A stretch of 64,000 bases of DNA from Sphaerodactylus townsendi (GCF_021028975.2 NC_059439.1:7626001-7690000), one strand, 5' to 3'; shown: positions 46,856 to 60,603, numbered from the stretch's first letter. Numbers and translations: made by a program. The notes: generated by a model not told the origin, from the sequence alone.

Positions 46856-49573
46856 TCATAATAACAAGAAGGTGCTGGGTTCAGCCTTTAACGTCTTAAG
46901 TGAAAACAAATTGCCAGTGTCCAAATATGAAGGTTAGTTGCCATGGAGGAAATGACAGCCTCAGACAGCAGGCCCTTTGGCACTAAATCCCTGCTGAGCT
47001 CCCTTCCCAACACCTTTCCCAAATCTCTAGGAATTTCCCAGTTTGCAACCCTAAACAAGTTCCTTCTTTAGCACTTCTCCTAAAAGGCAGTGGGAGATTG
47101 CCCTATGGCGGTTCACAAAACTCCGCTTCTTGAGAAGAATACATTGCCTGTCACCAGTCTTGGATTACTGGTACAGTGAAGTGTAGTGGTTAAAGTGTCA
47201 GACTAGGCTCTGGAAGAACCAGATTCACTCCCCAGAACCCTCTGGGTGATTTTGGACCTTTAATCTCTCTCAGCTTAACCTCTTCTCAGGGTCTATTTTT
47301 GCTGCTGCTAAAGTGTATTAAAATTCTTAGATGCTAATGTGATTGGTTGTTCTTATTGTGGTGGAGAATTATATGACGGGTTATTTTATTAAAGTTACAC
47401 GTTTTCTTAAAAAGCAGCTCTCCTTCAGTAATCTTTCTGAATTGGTTATACTTTTCAATTGTATTTGTATCATCAATATAGTTAAGAGTGTTGGGTTAGG
47501 ATCTGGGAGAGCCAGGTTCGAATCCCCACACTGCCATGGAAGATCACTGGATAATTCTCTCAGCCTAATCTACCTTACAATGAGGACAAAGTGGAGGAAG
47601 GAAGAATAATGTATGCCTCCTGGAACTATTCATGCCAAGGATGGGATGAAAATGCCCTAAACAAATAAATGCTCAAGTTGTTCTATATGTGACACGCTTG
47701 ATGAGGCGTTCTTCACAAGAATGCAACCCAGGGGTAGATGGGAGAGTTCCCTTTGCACAGATATTTTACATATCAAAACTGGGCAGAGAAGGTAGTTTAT
47801 AAAGGTTGTAACCTTTTGGTCCTTCACATTCAAGTTCAGGCCTGACCAAGAAATAGGGTTTGTGTTACAACTGATTCCCAGACAACAGAGATCAGTTTCC
47901 CTGGAGAAAATGGCTGCATTAGAAGGTGGCATTATACCCTACTGCCGTCCCTCTTTTCCTCAAACCCCACCCTTCCCAAGGTCCTCCTCCAAAATCTTTG
48001 GGTATTTTCCAGCCCAGAGTTGCCAACTCTACTAAGAAAGCTGATACAGAATAAATTCTTCATCTTTATAAACCGCACAATCTATTGTCCCACCTATTTT
48101 GCGTCTACCCCCTGTCATGAAAAACTAGCTTTTGAAGACCCAAGACTGTTGGGCAGTCCACTAAACGTGATCTTGTTTGCTTCTGGGATGCTGTGTAGAA
48201 ATAATAAATCAACCTAAAGGTGTGGGAGTTAGTGGGTCGAGTCACACTAAGCTGGTATGAGCCAGATCCAGCATTTGCTGACTCACTGAAAATCTGTTGG
48301 GATGTAAACAGGTCCTTGCTGAGTCAGAACCATTTGTCCCAAAGAATACAGGAAGCCCGACAATAATGGGGCAAGCTATTCCCTTATCATAGGCTTCCAG
48401 CAGGCTATGGTTTGAGGACACCCTCCCAGCAAGAGGATGTATGTCTTCATGTTGACTAAAACAAATGCTGCTGCTCTCTGCATTCCATACATTTTTACCT
48501 GTGTTTTTTCTCCAATGATAGACTATCACCACATCCTCTGGCAATGAGTTTCACAGGCCGGTAGGATTCTGCATAATGAAACAGAATCCAACAGCCAATT
48601 TCCTTCAAATGTTTGTACTGAGTTTCACCCCACTGACTACAGAGAGATTTGTATGCATACATGCATCCAGCTGATAGATGGATACAGTTGGATCTGAGAG
48701 GATGTCCAAGACAGCAAACACAATTCATGCACAAGAAATTTCCACAGGCAAATCTGTCAGAATCTTACTACTGGCGAGGGGAGTAAATCCTGCTCCTTTT
48801 TTTCCATCAAGTTACAGCTGACTTGTGGTAACCCCATAGAGTTTTCAAATCAAAAGGTGTTCAGAGGTGGTTTGCCATGGCCTGGCTCCACATCACGACC
48901 CTGCTATTCTTTGGAGGTCTCCCATCCAAATACTAGCCAGAGTCACAGAAATCATGCATAGCTTGCATAAGTTAATTGAGCTGTGTCTGCATTCCAAACG
49001 CATGCATGTGGAGTTCTTTTCTCTACAGGCACAGCACCATGTGTATTTTCCAAATTGGGGCCTTGGTGTCAAATCCTTCTCCAGTGATCTCCTTTAATGG
49101 CCATGGGCAAATAGCGCTTAGCTTTACCTGAGTTCCTTATATGCTAATTGAGAATTATAATTGGCAAACTGATCTGATAGTTGTTTTAAATATGACTGGA
49201 GGGATAATTCTGAATGAGTGGTCAGGGATGAAAGAATTTTAATGTTCTGTAATGATTGCAGATGGCCAGTGAGTATACAGTCCACGCACCTGCAGGGTGG
49301 GTTTGTGACTAGAACCCTACAGAGGAGTGTGTGTGTGTGTGAATGAGAAACAGACTGTCATACGTTGTTGTTTGAATCCACAGAAAAGAAAAGCAGCAGA
49401 GTGAACATTTCTGCAGGGATTACTTTAACTGGGAAGCTCAGCTTTATAAGGGCGGTGCAAATTGTTCTCTGAGTATCTGCTACTTGCTATAGGAGTGTCT
49501 GTCTCTACTTATGTGGTGCATATATCTGTGTTAATATAGCAGTTGCTTGTTTACTTGCTTACTTCATTTATAC

Positions 49574-50279
49574 CAGGGGCAGGGAACCTTTAACACTCAA
49601 AGAGCCATTTGGACCCGTTTTCCACGGGAAAAGAAACACTTGGAGCCGCAAATAATTTTTGACATTTAAAATAAAGATAACACTGTATATATTGGGGGGT
49701 TTTACCTTTTACTCCGCTCATTCTGAGAAGTGCATGGATGCGTCCGCCCTGCTACCTGCAGGGCGGGCAAGGATGGGGCCAGCAGCTTGGCCTTGCCGGC
49801 CGCCGGGAAAGCGCCAAGGCGAGAGGGGAAGCCCGCGCTGCGGCCCAGCTGGCCGCGGGCATTTGGTACGCCCGCCCTCCTGCCTGCAGGGTGGGCAAGG
49901 ATGAAGCTGGTGGCTCAGCCTCGCTGGCCGCCGAGAGAGCGCCTGCCCCGCTCCAACAGGGCGGACGAGAGGGGAAGCCCGCAGCGTGGCCCAGCCAGCC
50001 GCGGGCAGTTGGTGCGCCCGTCCTGCTGCCTACAGGGCGGGCAAGGATGAAGCCGGCGGCTCAGCCTTGCCAGCCACTGGGAAAGCGCCCGCCCCGCTCC
50101 AATGGGGCGGGCAAGAGGGGAAGCCCGCGGCGCAGCCCAGCCGGCCGTGGGAAGTTAGTGCGCCTGCCCTGCTTCCTGCAGGGCGGGCAAGGATGGGGCC
50201 AGCGGCTCGGCTCCTGGAGCCGCAGTGCAAGGGCAGAAGAGCCGCATGTGGCTCTCGAGCCGCAGGTTCCCTACCCCTG
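49574..50279. mobile_element. Non-autonomous hAT element with an internal GC-rich tandem array
   Basis: TIR caggggcagggaacct / aggttccctacccctg; perfect 8-bp TSD atttatac; four ~130-146 bp units containing cagggcgggcaaggatg. Confidence 0.92.
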
Positions 50280-50859
50280 ATTTATACCTTTCACTCCAGT
50301 GGGAACTCAAAGCAGCTTTCCTCCTTTCCTACATTTTAGCCTCACAACCCTGTGAGGTAGGCTAAGCTAAGATTATGAGACTGGCCCAAGGCTCTTTTGT
50401 TAAGCTTCCATGGCAGAGTGGGGGTTCAAAGTGGGGTTTCCCAGATCCTCAACCCACAATCGAACCAGTACATTCTCACACTAGTGTTTAGAAGTTACCA
50501 ATGTTCTCAGTCCTCACTTAGCCAAAAGAAGCTGACCACTGATGCGGGGGAGGAATGGTCACTTCAGTATAAATGGGGGATATCCAGGGTAGATTCTGTT
50601 GGAATTTCCAGTCTTGTCTGCATGCAGCAGCAGCACAAGCAGCAGAGAATTCTGGGAAGCTGCACAAAGATTCTAAAGGTGACAGTTAAAATCAGTTGGT
50701 AGTCTTCTGCTGTTCCCTGACTGACTGAGTGAAGAGAGAGGTTGCTCTGTGTACTGCTAACCAATGCTATGTAAAAATGCTCTGATGAAAAGATATTGTT
50801 TAAGCTTACTAGCACAACCAAAACTGTAACAGACGATGAGCCATGAATGTAACCATATA

Positions 50860-51113
50860 CAGTGGAACCTCGGAAATCAGCACCTTCGGAAACCGCTGAT
50901 TTCGGTTTTCGCCAGTCACCGCCGGCCGTTAGAACATCTTGGATTTCACTGGCAGTCTCGGATTTCGCCGACATAAATAGCGTAAATTACACAATTTACG
51001 CAATTTGCTACGCTGTTTGCACATGCGCAAACAGCGCAGTTTCAGAAATCGCCGATTTCGGATTTTGCCGATAATTGCCGGACGGATTATCGGTGAAATC
51101 CGAGGTTCCACTG
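50860..51113. mobile_element. Tc1/mariner (Tigger-like) MITE
   Basis: TIR cagtggaacctcgga / tccgaggttccactg, TA on both flanks, CpG-rich self-complementary interior. Confidence 0.9.
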
Positions 51114-52507
51114 TATATGTGATACTTTGTTGATATGTATATACTGTATATGTTTTCTCTCAGTTAAAGTAAAGTTCTCTTCATGTTTATGAACTTCTGA
51201 GGTAAAAACGGCTGGTCTTTTGAGAGATAACCATTCTAATGTGCCACACAATCCACATTTTGTAAGTATTCCTGTTGCCCTTCAGAATCATTGCTAGATC
51301 ATTCTGATTTATTCCCTCTTGTGACCGAATAAAATGGAGAAAAGGATGGAGAAAAGGGAGCGAGAGAGATTTAAACAATGGAAACTGTCTCTTCTTTAAA
51401 GTGTGGCAAAGTTTCTGAACATTGAAGACCTGGGTCTGCAGTTCCCAGCTTGGTGGCAATGAAAACCACACTGCAAACTAGCCTCCAGCCCCAGTGACAC
51501 ACAGTCCGAGCAACAAGTAGTCCAACAGGTGAAGCCAGATCCAAATGTGCACTGGGATGACCTTGCCAAGGGAAGGTCATGGCTGCATCTGGAATACCTG
51601 GCTCTCCTGCCCGCATCACCCAGATCCTCCCGCCTCCTGCTTGCACACGGCACTAACGCGGGGGAAAAGGTACACACCGATGGGTGGTGGTTCCAGATCC
51701 TCTCTTGCACCCGGGAAAAGGCTTGAGGAAATTGTGGCGTGCACAAGGGATACTTGAAAGGGAGTGCCTGTTCTATGCTAATGTTGTGGGGATGAAAGGA
51801 ATGTGAGGCTTCCAGTTGCCAGAATGGCACACCTGAGAGATCTATGTCCTAATCTAGCAGATGCAATTCACGTGCAAGCATTTGGGATTCCTAAATAGCT
51901 ACTGTAAGGAGGGAACTGTTTGCAGAGGAATGTTTTTTCAAGCTGGCAGGCTGAAACCAGTCTCAGCCAAGAAGAAAACAAGGTAATTCATGTTTACAAA
52001 TGTAAACACTTTAATCCTCAGTGGTAGAATGTGACAAAACATGTAACTTTTCAAATGCACATGCAAGAAAACTGTGAGGTTGGGATAACACTCTTCTGAT
52101 AACTCAGGAACACACAATACAAAAGGGTCATAAGGAAAGTACTAAACTTGAATTTCAATGTCTTCCGAAAGCAGGTCAAACTGCTGGTTTTAATGTAAGG
52201 AGGACTTAAAATCCAGTGTGGTGCAGTGAATAGAATGGGGATCTGGATTCAAATCCTGACTCAGGCAAGAAGCCCACTAGGTGGCCCAAAGTCACCTAAT
52301 GGACTTCTTAGCTGAGTCAGGATTTGAATTCAGGTCCCTATTAGTCCAGGTCTACCTTAGAGGATTGTTGTGAATCCTAATCGACCTCACAGTGTTGTGA
52401 AGATGAAATGTGGAAAAATATACCTCCCTGAGCTCCTAAGAATTAGGGTGTGATATCAATGAAACAAGTTGGCATCTAGAGCTCAGAGGGTTGATTTCAG
52501 TCCAACA

Positions 52508-52806
52508 GGAGCAGCAGTGGCATAGTGGTTAAGAGCAGGTGTATTCTGATCTGGAGGAACCAGGTTTGATTCCCCGCTCTGCCACTTGTGCAGGCTTATC
52601 TGGGGAATTCAGATTAGCCTGTGCACTCCAACACATGCCAGCTGGGTGACCTTGGGCAAGTCAGTTCTTCAGAGCTCTCTCAGCCCCATCTACCTCACAG
52701 GGTGTTTGTTGTGGGGGGGAGGGAAAGGGGGTTGTAAGCCCCTTTGAAATCCCCCCTTACAGGAGAGAAAGGGGAGATATAAATCCAACTTTTCTTCTTC
52801 TTCTTT
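52508..52806 (+). mobile_element. tRNA-derived squamate SINE (Squam3-like)
   Basis: ggagcagcagtggcatagtggttaagagc...ggtttgattcccc...ataaatccaacttttcttcttc. Confidence 0.85.
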
Positions 52807-53530
52807 TGGAATTCCCTTCCCTGGTAGCCAGATTTCTTAGGAAACACTGGAAATGTTTTGTTTGTCAGGGTTTTTAATAGGGTTTAAGCTATACGCAGTT
52901 TCCTGAGGTGGACTGAAGGGTTAATGGGATTTTATTGTATTTTGTATGTATGCTTCTTTAATTTTTAAAGTTGTAAGCTGCCTTGAGCCACAAGGGAAAG
53001 GTGAGATAAAAATATTTATAGATCTAATTAATATTAATAAATGAAATCTTCCCCTCCAGCTATGATAAAAGAAATCAGTACAAACTACAATATCCTGATA
53101 TTGGCATAAGCAAGCGACATAGATTTCTGTATCACAAAGGCATTCTGTGTTAAACAAGCCAAAATTTGGCACCATAGAAAACTGAATTCTGCAGCCTGTT
53201 TAAATTATGCAAATTAAGCATACTGGCAATGCTTTTTAGCTTTGCATAATTAAATATTCTGTATTGGCAATTCATGAGCATGTCAAAGAGCTTGACAAGG
53301 TGCCAAAGTTCATCTGCAGAGATACTATTTAGTCCCCTTTTTGGTTTCTGAGGTTCATAATATTAGGCTAAAATGTAGTCTCCCATGTTTGATGAAAGCT
53401 GAGAGTTATAAAAAGCTGGATCCTATGGCCAGTACCATGCGCTGTATTTTTTCTGCATTTTCCTGGCATTGCAATAAAATCAACCCTTGGACAAGACAGA
53501 TAACACCTTCTTTAGGACCCTAATAGGATA

Positions 53531-53635
53531 CAGTGGTGGCGAACCTTTGGCCACTGCCAGGAATGTACACTGGTCTGGACTGATGGGAATTGTAGTCCAT
53601 AACATCTGAGTGCCAAAGGTTCAGCTTACCACGAC
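53531..53635. mobile_element. Degenerate palindromic hAT MITE
   Basis: cagtggtggcgaacctttgg...tgatgggaattgtagtccataacatctg. Confidence 0.65.
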
Positions 53636-54383
53636 CTAAGCCCACAATTCCCATCAACCCACTGCCAAGCAGTGCTTGAGAGGCTGGTGGGAATGCTGAT
53701 CCATAACATCTAAAAGATATAAGTCCCTATGAACTCTAGAATCTACAAAATCGCACAGTTCCTTAAAGAATATTAATCCACTGAAGTCCAAATCATGTGG
53801 CTTTCCACGGAAATACTTCAGAGATATATAAAGTATTGAATGAACAATCCCAGAATCTTACAAGTTTGGAATTCTTCTCTGACCCCGAGCCCACCAAATT
53901 TCAGCAGATAAAACTAAGTTGGCTTTGAAACAGTGGAAGCATTAATACCCACAATCTTTGACTTCATCAAGACAAGCACTCTTGTTCACTATTTCCCCTC
54001 TGTGCCACTGGATACTGATTTTTTTTAAAAGCAGAATAAAGCTTTCTGGTGGCAAGGGAAAATGGTCACCATTGGAAGGGGGTTGTCACAAGGAAAATAG
54101 TTTGGATTTTGGCAGGATCTTTAAAAATGCATCCTTTCATGTCTACAAAAAATGCAAACATGTTTGGGCCGTTACCTGTAGGGAAAAATCATATCATACC
54201 AGCTTTAGGAAAGACTGGGACAAAGCAGGGGGGAAACCTGGAAAGTGGCCAAACGTTGCTCCAGTTTAGAAGTCAAGGCAGAGCAAAAGAGCTGGGAAGC
54301 TTTATTTCATTTAAAAAATAGTGAAGTTTTTACCCTCTCCCGATTGAGGAACTGAGGCTGAAAAATATATTCTGGTAAAAGCT

Positions 54384-54592
54384 GTCCTGACCTGAATAGC
54401 CCCAGGGCTAGCCTGATCTCATCAGATCTCAGAAGTTAATCAAAGTCATCCCTGGCTAGTATTTGAATGGGAGACCTCCAAGGAATACCACAGACGTGAG
54501 GCAGAAGAAGGAAGTGGCAAAGCACCTCTGCACGTCTCTTACTATGAAAACCCCGTGGGATTGCCATAAATCTGCTGTAGCTGTGACTTGAA
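54384..54592 (+). mobile_element. 5S rRNA-derived SINE
   Basis: gcctgatctcatcagatctcagaagttaatc...ctagtatttgaatgggagacctccaaggaatac is 5S-like. Confidence 0.75.
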
Positions 54593-54905
54593 AGCAAAAA
54601 AAAAAGGCTCCCCATTTGTAGAGGTGGAATTTGAACCTGCCTCTGAAACAGAGCTGAGTTTCATACTCTGTCTCAAGACAGGAAGTCGGCAGGAGCTCTG
54701 GAGGCTTGTGAACGGAAAAGAGGGTTTATGCGTGGGTGGGCAGGCAGGTGAGTGTGCTCCTCACTCAGCTATCATGCCTAGCATGTCTGGACAATGAAAT
54801 CAGCAGGTTTCCATGAGGAAAAATCAGAAGAAAGGAGGCAGGAGATTTTTTAAAAAGTGTTCTTTATAAAATGTAGAAAAACATTGCCTTCCGAAAGAAA
54901 AGAGG

Positions 54906-55072
54906 AGGAGGAGGAGTTTGGATTTATATCCCCCCTTTCTCTCCTATAGGAGACTCAAAGGGGCTTACAATCTCCTTGCCCTTCCCCCTTCACAACAAAC
55001 ACCCTGTGAGGTGGGTGGGGCTGAGAGAGCTTGAAAAACTGTGACGAGCCCAAGGTCACCCAGCTGGCATGC
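54906..55072 (-). mobile_element. Squam3-like SINE, 3' part
   Basis: Reverse complement of the 3' part of the 52508 and 56962 copies. Confidence 0.8.
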
Positions 55073-55172
55073 GACAGAGCTATAACTTGGGGAGAGTAAT
55101 TCTTTTTCAAAATGAAAGCTAATTTTTCCCTTTGTGGAAATTTGTTTGGATAGCCCAGACTAGCCCAATCTA

Positions 55173-55369
55173 GGGCCTTTCCCCACTTACCTTAAGCCCC
55201 GCACTACTTGAGGAGAGTAGCGCGGGGTCCCCCGGCACTCCCCACGACAGGGGCTGCGACAGTGCAGCCGCCCCAACACTGCTGCTGTCACGCCCCCTCC
55301 GTCCACGGCATCCCAGGCACTCTTCTTAACGGTGGCATAGGGGGGATCGAAGAGAGTGGGGAAAGGCCC
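55173..55369. mobile_element. PIF/Harbinger-like MITE inserted into a 5S-SINE (55150-55522)
   Basis: Perfect 15-bp TIR gggcctttccccact / agtggggaaaggccc; 3-bp TSD cta. Confidence 0.85.
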
Positions 55370-55944
55370 CTAGTCAGGTCTCAAAAGTTACCTGGATTGG
55401 AAACCACAGATGCAAGTCCAGGGTTTTTATGCAGACACAAGCAATGGCAAACCGAAACCACCTCTGCTCATCTCTTGCCTTGAAAACGCAATGGAGTTGT
55501 CAGGAGCCAATGGCGACTTGACAGTATTTTTCACCACCACCATTCATTTATTTAAAAACTTTGTATGTCACTTTTCCAAACCTGCTGGAGGCAGTTCAGA
55601 GTTAAAACAGTAAAAGCAATTTAAAAAACAACACCAGTAGGAACAAATGACCACCAAAAGAGACTGGCTTCTGATCACCATTTCTTGAAGAAAAGATGTG
55701 TGTGCTTTGTGGTTGCTGTTTTTAATTTTTATATCTCTATTCCACTCTGAATTTTGATGCTATTGGCAATAGCTGGAACAGTGAAACTCAGCTGACAGAT
55801 TGTGGAGAACCACACTCCCAGGTCCCACTGACCACAAATCTACTCTATGCCCCATTCAACACACTGAATTCACACAAAGAATAAAATATATTTAGATTAT
55901 ATTGCTTGTAATGACCAGAGTATCTCTGATTGTGTAGTTTTCTC

Positions 55945-56270
55945 TTAAGCATAAGCATAAGCATAAGCATTTTATTGTCATTGTGCACGCACAACGAAAT
56001 TTACAGCAGCATTCCTTGATGCACACAATTTCAGACTCATACATCATCCTCACTTTCCCCTTCCTCCACCCATCCCTACACAGCCCCAAATACATCAATA
56101 TGAAGCAGCGGAGTTTAGCATAGCCACAGCTCTAGAGTAGAAGCTGTCTCTAAGCCTCTTTGTCCTAGTTCTGAGGGCCCTGTATCATCTGCCAGATGGT
56201 AACAGTTTAAAAAGAGAGTGTGCTGGATGAGACGGGTCCCTCAGAATATTTTGGGCTTTATTTAGGCTTC
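55945..56270 (-). mobile_element. Rex1/Babar-like LINE 3' end with a (TTATGC)n tail
   Basis: The minus strand reads FKLLPSGR*YRALRTRTKRLRDSFYSRAV, followed by aataaa and a hexamer tail. Confidence 0.7.
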
Positions 56271-56961
56271 CCACTGATATTGAACATCAGTCAGTTCTTG
56301 TGTATCTGGAGTGAGGGAAAAGGCTTGCAAATCAGTTATGACTCAAAACAATGTGCAAACTTTCAAATTCTCTAGAATTTGAAACTTGTTAGGTTGGATG
56401 TTTTTTAAAAAACGTTCCTCTGTGATAAAAACTTCAAGAGTTGCTTTAGTTCTTCAGGAGAGGGGTGGTTAGTACTCCTCTCTGTGGTGAATTTTCTGCT
56501 TGCAAGGAGTTTTCGTATTCTTTACAGGCCAGCATTCAACAGCAGTATGCCCCATTCCACCACTTCATTCGGTGGCATATGCTGAGCCAACCACATACAC
56601 ACAACCCATATATCTCTATAACCTTGACATAATCATCATAGACAATTGCCGCATGTCTTTAAAATGAGTATGTTTTATCACAGGCCCACAGCAATGATTC
56701 AGTTATCCTAATTTATAAAGAAATTGCCCAGTTTCTAGGAATACGGGGAGGATGTCATTGGGAACAGGGCTCAGAAGAGTCCCAGGCAGCATGTCAAAAA
56801 ATCAGGTGTGGCTCCCAAGTCACTGAGTGAATACTGCCGAGCTAGAAGAATAAATTTCTTGCCTGAAAAATGCTGTGTTATTCTAGACGTAACAACTCTG
56901 ATAAAGTTGAAACATTTTGGAGGCATCAGCAAGTTCAAAAGAATTGCACAAGTGGTCTTGA

Positions 56962-57257
56962 AAGCCAGCGTGGTGTAGTGGTTAAGACCAGGTGCACTCT
57001 AATCTGGAGAACCGGGTTTGATTCCCTGCTTTGCCACTTGAGCTGGGGAGACTTATCTGGTGAATCAGATAAGCTTGTGCACTCCAACACATGCCAGCTG
57101 GGTGACCTTGGGCTAGTCACAGTTCTTCTGAGCTCTTAGCCCCACCTACCTCACAGGGTGTTTGTTGTGGAGGGGGGAAGGGAAAGGAGTTTGTCAGCCC
57201 CTTTGAGTCTCCTTACAGGAGAGAAAGGGGGGAATATAAATCCAACTCTTCTTCTTC
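56962..57257 (+). mobile_element. tRNA-derived squamate SINE (Squam3-like)
   Basis: agccagcgtggtgtagtggttaag...ataaatccaactcttcttc. Confidence 0.85.
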
Positions 57258-59249
57258 ACACGTTCCTGACTGTGGCTGATTCTGCATGGGCCACATAGAA
57301 CAGGCTGAGGCCCTTTTAAAAAATGTTTGGGGAGTTCCCACAGAACTCACCCCCCCCCCCCAAAATGCTTCTAATCTGTTCAATTTGCCAAAACCTGCAT
57401 TAAATTAAAGTTGCTAAATTAGCAACTTTTAAAAAATTTGACCTAGTTTCCAACACTTTCTGCTTCCCTGTGTGAACTACAGCAAGCAGGAAGCATTCAT
57501 TTCCCACCCGCTTCCATCCACCATTATGGTAGATTCCGCAAGCAGCCACCATTAGAGTGGATTCTCCAATAGGCAGCCACAATGTTGTGCAGATAATTGG
57601 GGTGAATTCTCAGGTGCGAGGGATTCTCGGGGTGTGGATTCTCAGGTGGGAAGATTTTCAGCTGCACAATTCACACAGAAACACTGTATTTCCTGAGTGA
57701 ACTGTACTGCCTTCTGCCATCGGGATCCCAGTGACCCAGGCTGACTCCTGCAGCCACAGAGCAAACGGCGGCACAGGCAACTAAAATGGGTTCCATGAAC
57801 CCACGTTTCCTGTGCAGAATCAGCTTGCAGGTGCTGCAACTGACAAAATATTCTCAAAATACCTTTGTAATGTCCAAGGACATTCACCAGAGAGATTCAT
57901 TTAAAGAATGAATAAAGGTGTTTTTTTTAATATTCCAGATGTGATCAAAAAGCCCTAAACTATTTACAGGAATCCTCCCCAGCTTTCTGTCACCTTCACA
58001 CAACACTGCATTAAGCTCTGAGAATCTTTTCACGCTGCATGCACACATGAAGATCTATTGAAGACATTTTTTTGCTCTGGTTAAGATTAGAGCTGCAGAC
58101 CAATTCAAGCTGACAATTATTGAAGAAAGGAGTTCCTAATCTCTTTGAGCCTTTGGGTCCATTTGGAATTCTGACATGGCTCTGTGGGTGAGGTTACAAA
58201 ATGGCTGCCACAGGGGGTGGAGCCAGCCACAAATGATTGCTACAGCTTAACTTCAGTAATACAGTGTAGATCTTTGTGCTGTGGGGCAGCTGCTGCCAAA
58301 GCAGCATATTTTTTTTAAAAAAAACGAGCACTGCCAATCAAATCTCCAATAGTCAATCAGAGACCTTGCTGGGAAAGACCCTACCTGTCCCCACCTGTCA
58401 TGCCTTTATTATTTTCATTATTTTGTATCAGTTTCCCATAGATAGCATGGGTTTAGTCCTTTGTATAGTCTCCAGAGGGAGGGCATTTTAGTTAGCCCCT
58501 GTCCCTTTAAGAAGTTTCCCAAGAGGCAGCCTTTCTGTTATCTCCCAGCAGTGCCCCTGTTTAACTCAGTTCAGTTCAGTACAGGTGGTCAAGGAATTAG
58601 GAGGCAGAAGTGTTTTGGCACATCAAAGGTGTAAAGAGAGCACAAAGTTGAGGTTTACAGAGACTAGTACAAGCCCCATATTGGAAACCTGGATTTGAGC
58701 CTTGAATGTCCACATTAATAAAATATAACACCATTAAATATATGTGCCAAATCCACCTCTCGCTCAAACATATTGAAATAAAAAAGTCCAGTATACTCAG
58801 GGATTTACCTTCTGCAGTAAACCAATTTAAATATGACCGGTAAAGACATGAAAGCATTTTTCCCAGTTTCTCTGGGGCAGTGCCCCCAAAGAAGCCAATT
58901 TTTCAATCTATGTGGCACCAGAATTAGCCCAATAATATCAAAACTACCTCTAATTTTCAACAGCCAGACCTATTTACAGCAAAAAACCCCAAGAATTTCC
59001 CACAGTCCTCAAGAGTAAACGGCCAAGCCCACATTATTGGTCTGCAAAGCCAAATGAAAATGTCCCCAATGCCCTCTGTGGGCGTGTGTGAACGCGCACA
59101 CGACCCACACTCTAATAAAAAGTTAATTTCTGCAAGCCATAAAATTCTGATACACTCAAGATCTGCAAAGTGCACGAAGGATGGCCTCAGCTGGTAAGCA
59201 GGTGCATATGCATATGCTCAGTTATCTGAATAGAGAAAACATCATTTCT

Positions 59250-60200
59250 GCAATGCAGCAACTGCCAGCGGGGAACGAGGGAGGGGGAGGGCATCGCCCT
59301 CTTGCAGCACCGCCACTTCCAACCGGAGTGGAACTTTTTTCTTTCCCGTCATCTGCTCTTGGCCCAAATTAAAGCACGAATCTATTTCCTGCAATGCAGA
59401 GGCCCGATCCGAGCCAAAACAATCTGCAATGCAGTCCTGAGAACCCTCTCCCCCGCCCCCCACACTGCAGCCTCCACTTCTGGGCGAGCAGGGAGCTGCG
59501 GCATCCTGTCACTTCTCACGGCACGAGCTCCCAGACGCGATTTGGAGAGTCGGCCAGTAGCAAACCTTCCAAACACCACTTTGCCCTCCCCAGGTGCTAA
59601 GGTACTCCCCCCCCCCCTCGGCTTTTACATTGTGCAAAAAGGACACCTGCGGGGGCGGGCGGTTGTTTGCAAGGAGCCTGCCGGGGCTCAAAGCGGCTTG
59701 CTGGGTCCAGGCGCGTTTGCAGAAGACGCAGCCGAGTTTCTGATGTACGGCACGTGCGCAAAGGGTGCGTGTGTCAGTGAGGGGTCATTGCCCAGCGGAA
59801 GCCTCCCGGCAATGCACGAGCAAGTATGAGGGGGGCGACATTCTCCCCCCCCCCCGGTCGGTCTTTTTTCCCCAGGGGTGAGTCCGCCCCCCACCCTTGG
59901 CACAGCGCAACAACCAGCCCAGGGCAGCGCTGGGTATCCTGCCCCGCCCCAGTGCGCCAGCCCTGCAGCCGGCAGAGTCGCGTGCCACAGCCGCCTTGCC
60001 CGGCGCTCCCCGCTCAGCTGCAGGCTGCAGTCTCTTACATAAGGGAGGTGGGGGAGCCGGCCGGGCTGGCCTGAATCTTCGCTCGGGGAAGGGAGGGGGA
60101 AGAAAACCCAGAGCGAGAGAGCGTTGTGTGCCAACTCCCGCCCGGGAAATACCTGGATATTTGAGGGTGGGGCCCGGGAGAGGGAGGGGAGGGCCTTTGT
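59250..60200. promoter_or_regulatory. Orphan CpG island (distal enhancer or unannotated promoter)
   Basis: GC/CpG-rich, non-repetitive. CACGTG at 59751, D-box TTACATAA at 60035, GC boxes. No recognisable coding exon. Confidence 0.6.
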
Positions 60201-60269
60201 AAGGAGAGGAAGCCTTTTGTTTTGGAAAGTGGGAATTAATGGTGTAAATAAATTCCAAACGATAATAAT

Positions 60270-60470
60270 AGGCACCATTCCAAAAACATTAGGGAAGCGC
60301 TTGAAAAATCTTCAGATCGACAAAATTAACATCTGTCAGATTCAGAAGGCAGCCCTACTGGGATCTGCACAAATACTACGGCAATACATTACAATTTCCT
60401 AGCCTCTGGGTGAGGCTCCAATGGTAATGAAAAGCCAACAACCAGCTAAAGAACTGGCATCTGTGACATT
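60270..60470 (+). mobile_element. R4/Dong-like LINE 3' fragment
   Basis: GTIPKTLGKRLKNLQIDKINICQIQKAALLGSAQILRQYIT; preceded by ataataata and followed by an (aac/gat)n tail. Confidence 0.85.
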
Positions 60471-60603
60471 AACAACAATGACAACAATGATGATAAATAA
60501 GTGATGTAGCATGTCTGGACATCAGTTGTAATTCCAGGAGATTCCCAGTTCCCCCCTGGGGAGAAGGTGGTACCAACAGGGCTGGATTAAGAAGTGTTGA
60601 TGC

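Noticed and set aside
49745-50220. Regularly spaced repeats that might suggest a CRISPR-like array
   Set aside because: Eukaryotic DNA, the spacers resemble each other, and the array lies inside a hAT element with a TSD.
54384-54500. 5S rRNA-like sequence (also at 6.4, 21.3, 48.8 and 55.2 kb)
   Set aside because: Diverged and fused to a SINE tail; not a functional 5S gene.
56962-57030. tRNA-like A/B boxes
   Set aside because: SINE heads continuing into the SINE body; no cloverleaf supported.
59300-60280. Possible MSL1 first coding exon
   Set aside because: None of the ORFs resembles the MSL1 N-terminus as I know it; kept only as an orphan CpG island.
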